DNA of 64,000 nucleotides from Alphaproteobacteria bacterium (GTDB lineage Bacteria; Pseudomonadota; Alphaproteobacteria; CAAHEQ01; UBA3637): NCBI GenBank assembly GCA_017958225.1, contig JAGDDD010000018.1, positions 613 to 64,612 of the forward strand, read 5' to 3'. Shown piece by piece: positions 57,159 to 64,000 of this stretch (position 1 is its first letter; each line of letters starts with the position of its first letter). The notes under the pieces were generated by a model. It saw only the letters and a program-made list of their open reading frames with translations, ran no database searches and was not told where the DNA came from. The position numbers and the translations under genes were made by a program.

Positions 57159-58600
57159 ATGGAACAAGAAGTCAGAACACCACCCCAATGTTTGGAAGCC
57201 GAGCAAGCCCTGCTGGGCGCTATTTTGGTGAATAATCGCGCTTTGGAAAAAGTGGTGGAGTTCTTGCAGCCCTTTCATTTTGCCAATGCGGCACATGCGC
57301 GCATTTATGAGGCTTTGCTGACGCTGATTGAGCGCGGACAGACGGTGGATCCGTTGGTGTTGAAACAGTATTTTGCCAAAGATGAAGACCTGGCGCAAAT
57401 CGGCGGGCAAGAGTATATCGTGCAGTTGGCCGCGGCGGGTGCTACCGGCGTCAATGTGGCCGAATACGGGCAACAGATTGTCGATAGATATATGCGTCGT
57501 CAGTTAGTCAATATCGGCTCGGATGTGGTGCAATCTGCCTTTGAGTTTTCGTTGGACGATGACAGCGCGACACAGATACAGCGTGCCGAGACTCGTTTGT
57601 ATGATTTGGCAACCGCCTTAGATGCCGATAAAGGTCCGCAGCCGGTGCAAATTGCCTTGAAGGGTGTGTTGGAAAGAGCGCAAACGCCTTGCACGACTCC
57701 AAAGGGTTGTCGGGGTTATCGACCGGCTTTTGTGATTTGGATAAAAAACTGGGCGGTCTGCAGGATTCGGATTTGATTATTTTGGCCGCGCGTCCCGGCA
57801 TGGGTAAAACCGCGTTGGCGACCTGTATTGCCACCAATGTGGCCAAGAACTTTAAAAAGGAAAACGAGGCAGGCGCTCCGAAAAAATCTGTGGCCTTCTT
57901 TTCTTTGGAAATGTCGGCGGAACAGTTGTCAGAACGTATTTTGTCCGCTGCGGCCGAAGTCAATGCGCAGGCCTTGCGCACCGGCCGAATCTCATCCGAC
58001 AAGTTCGATTCTTTAGCCAGTTATATGGCCGCGTTGAGCGAATTGCCTTTGCAAATTGACGAAACGCCGATGATAACGGTTACTTCTATCAAAAATCGTG
58101 CGCGACACCTGCAACGTCAAAAGGATACGGGCCTTGGCCTGATCGTGATTGACTATGTGCAGTTGATTGCCAGCATCAAAAAGACGGACAACCGCGTGCA
58201 AGAATTGTCCGAGATTACGCGTCAGTTAAAGATTATGGCGAAAGAGTTGGGCGTGCCTGTGTTGGCGTTGTCGCAACTGTCTCGTGAAGTGGAAAAGCGC
58301 GACAAGAAAGAGCCTCAATTGTCCGATCTGCGCGACTCTGGATCGATTGAACAAGACGCCGACGTGGTGTTGTTTATCTATCGCGAAGGTTATTACGGCA
58401 AGACCGACAAGGTCATCAAGGGCGAAAAGGAAAAACGCGCCGACTTTGATGCGCGCAGCCAGCAAGCCGACGAACAGCCGGTGGATAACAAACGCGCGGA
58501 CGTGATTATCGCTAAGCACCGCCATGGCCCGACCGGCCGCGTGACTTTGCGCTTCGACAGCGATTACACGAAGTTCACCAGTTTAGACGAACATCACTGA
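57159..58600 (+). pseudogene. dnaB: replicative DNA helicase DnaB, reading frame broken by a 1-nt deletion near 57681..57685
   Basis: Frame A gives PPQCLEAEQALLGAIL...ALKGVLERAQ and then nonsense to a stop at 57776. The frame shifted by one nt gives NALHDSKGLSGLSTGFCDLDKKLGGLQDSDLIILAARPGMGKTALA (Walker A) ... IIAKHRHGPTG. Adding one A to GCGCAAACGCC restores A-Q-N-A-L-H. Confidence 0.85.
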
Positions 58601-58651
58601 AAAAAAAGATTGCTTTTTGTGTGAAAATCTTGTATAAGAGAAAAACACAAC

Positions 58652-58728
58652 GGGTGTGTAGCTCAGGTGGTTAGAGCGTTACGTTGACATCGTAAAGGTC
58701 AGAGGTTCGAGTCCTCTTACACCCACCA
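58652..58728 (+). tRNA. tRNA-Val (anticodon GAC)
   Basis: Cloverleaf folded by hand: acceptor GGGTGTG/TACACCC, anticodon loop TTGACAT, T-loop TTCGAGT, encoded CCA. Confidence 0.9.
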
Positions 58729-58735
58729 TTTTAAC

Positions 58736-58759
58736 AGCCGCCGCACAGGCGGCTTTTTT
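58736..58759 (+). terminator. rho-independent terminator after tRNA-Val
   Basis: AGCCGCC-GCACA-GGCGGCT stem-loop followed by TTTTTT. Confidence 0.6.
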
Positions 58760-58774
58760 GTGTATCTAAACAAC

Positions 58775-58803
58775 TTGACTTTTGGTGTGAATACATATAT
58801 ACT
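58775..58803 (+). promoter_or_regulatory. putative sigma-70 promoter (TTGACT-17-TATACT) ending 6 nt before the ATG at 58810
   Basis: Read directly. The spacing implies a leaderless or near-leaderless transcript. Confidence 0.45.
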
Positions 58804-58809
58804 GACTGT

Positions 58810-59373
58810 ATGAAAAGAGAGCAAGTCGCACAAGAACCTTGGAAACAAGTGTTTGTTCGTCAAACACCGGATGGCGACTTTTTGCCGCGCGATGTTTGTG
58901 TGCGCACCGATGTTCCTCCTCAACAACTGGCTCGACAATTGGAAAATATGACCCGCACGATGATTGGCGAGTGCTATCGTTGGCACGCGTTGGCGGATGA
59001 AAACTGCTTTTTTGAAGATCAAAAGGCCTCTCTTTTTCATGAAAAAGCGCAAGCGTTGTTCCGCGCGCAAGCCATCTTCAGACGTCAGGCAAAAGCCCCG
59101 CAAACCCACCTTTTAACCGGTGAGGAACGTCAAGTTTTGGTGAAGGCCAAACAGATTGAATGTGATTTGTTACCTTCCTTCGGCCTGTGGAAAACGGTTG
59201 AGCATGCGCAATCAACCTGGACCGACGGGTTGCCGACAGATGCTTTGTCCGCAGCTTATGTGGCTGTGACATCTTTATTTACGCGTTTTATGGAACGGGT
59301 CGCCCCTGTGCCGCCACGCACCATCACTTCTTCGCAGATTGAAGCACCTGCGCCAGAGCGCCAGCATTCTTAA
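58810..59373 (+). CDS. hypothetical protein
   Basis: 187-aa ORF with no SD and no recognised motif. Its 3' end overlaps the convergent fabI by 50 nt. Confidence 0.4.
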   Translation: MKREQVAQEPWKQVFVRQTPDGDFLPRDVCVRTDVPPQQLARQLENMTRTMIGECYRWHALADENCFFEDQKASLFHEKAQALFRAQAIFRRQAKAPQTHLLTGEERQVLVKAKQIECDLLPSFGLWKTVEHAQSTWTDGLPTDALSAAYVAVTSLFTRFMERVAPVPPRTITSSQIEAPAPERQHS

Positions 59374-60148
59374 GACAGATCATGCCTTGGTTATGATAAC
59401 CGGCATCTACATACACAACCTCTCCCGTTATAGAACTTGAAAAATCGCTCAGCAGGAAAGTGGCGGTTTGTCCGATGTCTTGCGGTGTGACATTTTTGCC
59501 CAAAGGCGCATTGAGTTGTGCCCAATTGAGCATCGCATTGAAATCGCCGATACCGGCCGCAGCCAACGTTTTAATCGGGCCGGCTGAAATTGCATTGACA
59601 CGCACATTTTGCGCACCTAAATCAAAAGCCAGATAGCGCACCGACGCTTCTAACGCCGCTTTGGCTACCCCCATGACATTATAGTTTTGCACATACTTTT
59701 GCGCGCCCAGATACGTTAAGGTTAAACATGCGCCACCATCTTTCATCAAAGGCGCAGCCCGCCGGCACAACTCGGTGAACGAATACACGGAAATGTGCAT
59801 GGTGTTCAAAAAGTTATCTAAACTCGTGTCCAGATAACGCCCGCGCAATTCGTTGCGGTCGGAAAAGGCCACGGCATGCACGACAAAGTCAATTTTCTTC
59901 CATTTTTTTGTCAGCTGCGCAAAGGCCTGGTCCATAGTTTTAGGCTGCGTCACATCCATGTTGAGCGTCATAGCGGCGGACAGTTTTTCGGCCAACGGCA
60001 GCACGCGCTTTTTCATGGGCTCGCCCTGATAGGTTAAGGTCAACTCGGCCCCTTGTTGCGCCAAAGCCTGTGCAATGCCCCACGCGATAGAGTGGTCATT
60101 GGCTACGCCGACAATCAGCCCTTTTTTGCCGTTCATCAATTGTGTCAT
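59324..60148 (-). CDS. fabI: enoyl-[acyl-carrier-protein] reductase (NADH) FabI
   Basis: GKKGLIVGVANDHSIAWGIA, YLGAQKYVQNYNVMGVAKAALE (Y-x6-K) and AISAGPIKT. Start set at the ATG at 60148. Confidence 0.9.
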   Translation of the reverse strand: MTQLMNGKKGLIVGVANDHSIAWGIAQALAQQGAELTLTYQGEPMKKRVLPLAEKLSAAMTLNMDVTQPKTMDQAFAQLTKKWKKIDFVVHAVAFSDRNELRGRYLDTSLDNFLNTMHISVYSFTELCRRAAPLMKDGGACLTLTYLGAQKYVQNYNVMGVAKAALEASVRYLAFDLGAQNVRVNAISAGPIKTLAAAGIGDFNAMLNWAQLNAPLGKNVTPQDIGQTATFLLSDFSSSITGEVVYVDAGYHNQGMICLKNAGALAQVLQSAKK

Positions 60149-60252
60149 AGTGCACCTCGCATTTGTTTTCTTTAACTCTAGCGCGACCAGCGGGCAAAAG
60201 CAAGCAAAAAGTTCTGCTTTACAGCCGGCCGAAAAATGAGTATGATAAGGGC

Positions 60253-60855
60253 ATGTTTGCTTTAATGATAGATACAACTTGCGCTAATTTAACCGTCGCG
60301 GTCGCTGATGAGAAAAAGGTGTATGCCGAACATCAGCAAATCATGGCGCGCGGTCAGGCGGAACAACTGATCGGCACATTGGAAAATGTGCTGACACAGG
60401 CCGGTAAGAAACTACAGGATATGCAGGCCATTATCGTCAATGTCGGGCCCGGCTCCTTTACGGGGGTACGCATTGGCTTGGCGACAGCGCGCGCGCTGGG
60501 CTTAGCGTTACAGATTCCCGTGTGGGGTGTCACCGCTTTTGAAGCCTATGCCTATGGTGTGAAAGAGCCGACGGCCGTTGTGTTGGAAAGCCTGCGCGAT
60601 GATGTCTTTGTGCAAACTTTTGATGCGAACGGGCAAGCCACAGATGAGCCGCATGTGTGTGCTGCGGAAGATGTGCCGGCCAAGACCTTGCGCGGATCGG
60701 CAGCCGAGCGTGTCGCTGAAGTCACGCATGCACGCATTTTGCCATCGGACTGTTCCTTGGCTCAGGCGATGGCCAAAATCGCTTTTGCGCGTCAAAAAGA
60801 GCCGCTGGCCCCCAACCCTATGTATGTGCGGGACGCTGATGTATCCCTTGTGTAA
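60253..60855 (+). CDS. tsaB: tRNA threonylcarbamoyladenosine biosynthesis protein TsaB
   Basis: VNVGPGSFTGVRIGLATARALGLAL is typical of TsaB/YeaZ. Precedes rimI. Confidence 0.85.
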   Translation: MFALMIDTTCANLTVAVADEKKVYAEHQQIMARGQAEQLIGTLENVLTQAGKKLQDMQAIIVNVGPGSFTGVRIGLATARALGLALQIPVWGVTAFEAYAYGVKEPTAVVLESLRDDVFVQTFDANGQATDEPHVCAAEDVPAKTLRGSAAERVAEVTHARILPSDCSLAQAMAKIAFARQKEPLAPNPMYVRDADVSLV

Positions 60856-61255
60856 AGCCTCTGTTTTGGACAGTAAGACCTTGGCGGCGATGCACGCCCA
60901 ATGCTTTGATAAGCCCTGGACGGAGAAAACTTTTCATGACCTTTTGTTTTTACCGACCACCTATGGTCTTTGGTGTGAGGCCGGCCTGCTTTTGACCTCT
61001 TGTGTATGTGATGAGGCCGAGATTTTAACCCTGTGTGTGTTGCCAGGGTATCGTCGTCAGGGCGTTGCCGGCGCTCTGTTGGACGCGATGGCAGAGCATT
61101 TGAAACAACAGCATGTGCGCAAAATATTTTTGGAGGTGGCAGCGGATAATCAAGCCGCGATTGACTTGTATAAAAAGCACGGTTTTACACAAATGGGGCA
61201 GCGCAAAGGCTATTATGAAGGCAAGGACGCCTTGACAATGCAACGGCTTTTATAA
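60839..61255 (+). CDS. rimI: ribosomal-protein-alanine N-acetyltransferase RimI (GNAT)
   Basis: GNAT motif A (VLPGYRRQGVAGALL) and LEVAADNQAAIDLYKKHGF. Overlaps the tsaB stop. Confidence 0.8.
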   Translation: MYPLCKASVLDSKTLAAMHAQCFDKPWTEKTFHDLLFLPTTYGLWCEAGLLLTSCVCDEAEILTLCVLPGYRRQGVAGALLDAMAEHLKQQHVRKIFLEVAADNQAAIDLYKKHGFTQMGQRKGYYEGKDALTMQRLL

Positions 61256-61270
61256 GGGCAAAAATTTTCC

Positions 61271-61299
61271 TTGATTTCAGCGTCAAACAAGCCTATACT
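61271..61299 (+). promoter_or_regulatory. putative sigma-70 promoter of the ppiD-like gene (TTGATT-17-TATACT)
   Basis: Read directly. Confidence 0.4.
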
Positions 61300-61335
61300 A
61301 TGACCCAACAATTTCAATAAAAAAGGTGAAAAAAT

Positions 61336-63189
61336 ATGATTATCTGGTTTCGTAAAGCCTCGGAAAACTTTTTCTTCAAAATCTTGTTGTTTATTTTAGC
61401 GTTGAGCATGATTTCGGCGTTTGCCGTCGGCAATATTTTTGACGCGTTCAAAAGAAAGTCGGCCGCTATTTCTGTCGCCGGTCAGTCTGTGTCAATGGAT
61501 AACCTGTTGCGCGCTTTCCAGGACAACGTTAATCAGTTGCAAAAACGGATGGGCGGACGCTATATTTCTACACAAGATGCGATTGCACAAGGTTGGGTGG
61601 ATATCACGGTGGCGCAATTGGTGGACCAGATTTTAAAAGAAGAAATGATGGATGATTTGGGTGTGGCTGCCTCTGATGCCGCTGTGCGCAATTATCTGAC
61701 TGCCAATCCGAATTTTAAGACGCTGGCCGGCCAATTTGACCGCCGCTTGTTTGAAGCGTATTTACAACAAATGAATCTGTCCGAAAAAGCGTTCCTGGAC
61801 AAATTGCGTCAAGAGTTAGCCTATCATCATGTGGCGGATGCTTTGCGCGCTGTGACCGCGGTGCCGGCAGCCTTGCAAAAAGCCCTGTATGCACATGATA
61901 ACGAAAAACGTTCTTTGTTGCTGGCGATGATTGACAGCACACAAGTGCCTGTTGCGCAACAAGCCTCAAAAAAAGAGTTGGAAGATTATTACGAACTGAT
62001 GCAAGACGAATTGTTCTCGCCGGAATACAGAACTTTGTCCACCGTTGAAGTGTCGCCCGAGACATTGGCGTCGGTTGTGTCTGTGACCGAAGCGGAAGTC
62101 AAAGAAGCCTATAATGCACGCAAAGATACGTTATCAACGCCGGAAAAACGCCGCGTGTTGCAAGTGATTGTCGAAGACGAATCTGCCGCCAAAGCCTTTG
62201 CAAAAAAAGCCACAAGCGCTAACTTTATTCAACAGGCGAAAGACTTACGCGGTGCCGATGCGGCCGATTTGGGCTATGTCGCAGCCACCGAATTGTTAGA
62301 CGAATTGTCGGCGCCTTTGTTTGACGCTAAAGTCGGCAAAGTGATTGGCCCTGTCCAAACAGAGTTAGGGTGGCATGTGTTGGTGGCAACCGACAAACAA
62401 AACGCGCGCACCGTGACTTGGGAACAGGCTCGCGCGGACATTGCCAAAGAATTAAAAGCGGCGCGTGCTTATGAAACTTTGTATCAGGTCAGCCAGCAAA
62501 TTGACGAAATCTTGGCCGAGGGACAAGATTTAGCCACGGCAGCCAAAGCGGTTTCCTTGCGGGTCAAACAATGGCCTTCTGCCACCATAGAAGGCAAGTC
62601 GGCCAAAGGTCAAACAGGCTTGCCCGATGAAGTTTTATCGGTGGCCTTTACCTTGCAGGAAGGCGAAACATCCACCCCGATTTCGTATAAAGACGGATTC
62701 GTTTTTGTGCGTGTCGATTCTGTGGAGCCGGCACAGGCTTTGACTTTTGCCCAGGCGAAACCCCGCTTGCAACAGGCCTTTAAACAGGACAAACAAAAAG
62801 AACAATTGGCGACTTATGCGCAGCAAGTGCTCAAAGAGGCCAAGGCGTCCAAGAGTTTGGCGAAAGCCGGTAAGGTCAAAAACTTTACCTCTGTCCAACG
62901 CCAAGAGTTGGAGCAACTGCCCGCTGACATGGTCAATCAGATTTTTGATGCTCCGGTGCAATCTCCGTTCCTGGTGCCCGTCGGCGATCAGTGGGCTTTA
63001 ATTATGGTGACAAAAAAAGAGGCAGCATCAAAAGATGCGACACAGGAAGCCTTGTTCAAAAATCAACTCAATGCACAAATCTCCCAAAGCGCAGAACAGG
63101 CTGTGTTGGGAAGTTATGCGGGTGATTTGACGGTTAATAAGGACGAGATTGAAAAGACTTTCCGTCGCTTCGTTACAGATGCCGAGTAA
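61336..63189 (+). CDS. periplasmic chaperone / parvulin-type PPIase, PpiD-like
   Basis: 617 aa. N-terminal TM anchor, SurA-N-like helical region, and a parvulin-like segment (VIGPVQTELGWHVLV). Confidence 0.7.
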   Translation: MIIWFRKASENFFFKILLFILALSMISAFAVGNIFDAFKRKSAAISVAGQSVSMDNLLRAFQDNVNQLQKRMGGRYISTQDAIAQGWVDITVAQLVDQILKEEMMDDLGVAASDAAVRNYLTANPNFKTLAGQFDRRLFEAYLQQMNLSEKAFLDKLRQELAYHHVADALRAVTAVPAALQKALYAHDNEKRSLLLAMIDSTQVPVAQQASKKELEDYYELMQDELFSPEYRTLSTVEVSPETLASVVSVTEAEVKEAYNARKDTLSTPEKRRVLQVIVEDESAAKAFAKKATSANFIQQAKDLRGADAADLGYVAATELLDELSAPLFDAKVGKVIGPVQTELGWHVLVATDKQNARTVTWEQARADIAKELKAARAYETLYQVSQQIDEILAEGQDLATAAKAVSLRVKQWPSATIEGKSAKGQTGLPDEVLSVAFTLQEGETSTPISYKDGFVFVRVDSVEPAQALTFAQAKPRLQQAFKQDKQKEQLATYAQQVLKEAKASKSLAKAGKVKNFTSVQRQELEQLPADMVNQIFDAPVQSPFLVPVGDQWALIMVTKKEAASKDATQEALFKNQLNAQISQSAEQAVLGSYAGDLTVNKDEIEKTFRRFVTDAE

Positions 63190-63192
63190 GGT

Positions 63193-64000
63193 ATGACAAG
63201 ACGTGCTCAACCCCTGCCGACGATGCAAGAGGTTTTGGACTATCTGCAAAACCACGAGAATCTTTCAAAAAGACAGATTAGCCGCGATTTTCACATCAAA
63301 GGCGATGGGCACATTTACCTCAAACAATTGCTCAAAGAAATCGAACGCAAAGGCTTGCTGGTGCGGCAAGGTCGGCGCTATGCCCTGAAAGATCGCTTAC
63401 CTTCACATACGGATGTCGTGGTGGTCGGCATAGATCAGGACGGGTGTTTGTTGGCGCGACCGGTGCAATGGACAGCCGATTCGCCTGAGCCGACGATTTT
63501 TATCACACGCTATCAGCGCTTACATCCGACGCCGACGATTGGCGATATGTTGGCGGTAAAAATACAGCCGACGTCAAAAACAACCTATGAGGGCGAAGCC
63601 GTGCGAGCGATTTCTGCTCAAGGCAGTCAGATGGTCGGCGTGTGGTTCAAAGGGCGCGTATTGTCTGTGGACAGGCGCTTTCAACAGGCCTTTATTCCTG
63701 ATGGTGCATTTCCGCCCGATATGAAGGATAACGATTTAGTTGAGGTATCTGTATCTCAAAGCAAATCTGCGCGGCCTGTGGCGCATTTTGTGCGCAAATT
63801 AGGCACAGGCAAAGACGCGTTCGCGTCCAGTATTATTTCTATTTATGCGCACCACCTGCCGACTGATTTCTCACAGGCGGCACTGAAGGAAGCCAAAAAA
63901 TTAAAAACACCCAACATCAAAGGGCGTGAGGATTTGCGCGAGTTGCCTTTTGTCACGGTGGATGATGCGACTGCCCGCGATTTTGACGATGCGGTCTATG
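63193..64000 (+). CDS. rnr: ribonuclease R (VacB), N-terminal part (3' end cut by window edge)
   Basis: Translated by eye from the ATG at 63193: MTRRAQPLPTMQEVLDYLQ... and ending ...REDLRELPFVTVDDATARDFDDAVY, the start of the RNB domain. Not in the ORF track because there is no stop inside the window. Confidence 0.85.
   Translation, partial: MTRRAQPLPTMQEVLDYLQNHENLSKRQISRDFHIKGDGHIYLKQLLKEIERKGLLVRQGRRYALKDRLPSHTDVVVVGIDQDGCLLARPVQWTADSPEPTIFITRYQRLHPTPTIGDMLAVKIQPTSKTTYEGEAVRAISAQGSQMVGVWFKGRVLSVDRRFQQAFIPDGAFPPDMKDNDLVEVSVSQSKSARPVAHFVRKLGTGKDAFASSIISIYAHHLPTDFSQAALKEAKKLKTPNIKGREDLRELPFVTVDDATARDFDDAVY

Noticed and set aside
1-64000. Numerous 60-140-aa antisense or overlapping ORFs in the track, for example inside mnmG, xseA, glyA, radA, pgm, aas and the CaCA gene.
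   Set aside because: They lie within, and opposite to, genes with unambiguous family signatures and lack start signals. They are typical by-products of moderately GC-rich coding sequence.
1-64000. CRISPR arrays, rRNA genes, IS elements/transposases, prophage genes and known multi-gene defence systems other than mazEF.
   Set aside because: I could not find any by reading the intergenic regions and the ORF translations. The absence call is limited by the lack of search tools.

Overview
The window looks like a chromosomal segment of an alphaproteobacterium. Supporting evidence is a MipZ-type ATPase, the rsmG-parA-parB block convergent with lptE-holA, a two-site parS cluster, and the rpmH-rnpA-yidD-yidC-engB block. 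It is densely packed with housekeeping genes: mnmE/mnmG, xseA, tadA, fba, rpe, nusB, nrdR, glyA, rpiB, hisS, kdsB, mlaEF, miaA, alr, pgm, gltX, aas, fabI, tsaB, rimI, ppiD-like and rnr. There are two tRNA genes, Ala-CGC and Val-GAC. No transposase, integrase, CRISPR array or rRNA was seen.

Features that stand out:
1. Three lesions in core genes: a leuS reduced to a 259-codon in-frame relic at its ancestral position, radA with an in-frame TGA, and dnaB with a 1-nt frameshift.
2. A tRNA-Ala-flanked cluster of four orphan genes (Sel1-repeat, secreted, HExxH-containing, MORN/YwqK-like), each behind a near-consensus sigma-70 promoter.
3. A VirB2/TrbC-like pilin domain fused to a long Gly-rich, charged tail.
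4. A three-gene operon of a flavodoxin/ferredoxin fusion, a Cys-rich membrane protein and a helical protein.
5. A truncated MoxR-DUF58-DUF4381 operon continued by a WYL/TerB-like protein and an Aas homologue lacking the HX4D histidine.
6. A mazEF pair translationally coupled to a membrane-anchored coiled-coil protein.
7. An apparent ~27 kb inversion separating mnmEG from rsmG-parAB.

All family assignments come from motif and sequence recognition by eye against remembered family sequences. No database search or HMM was run.
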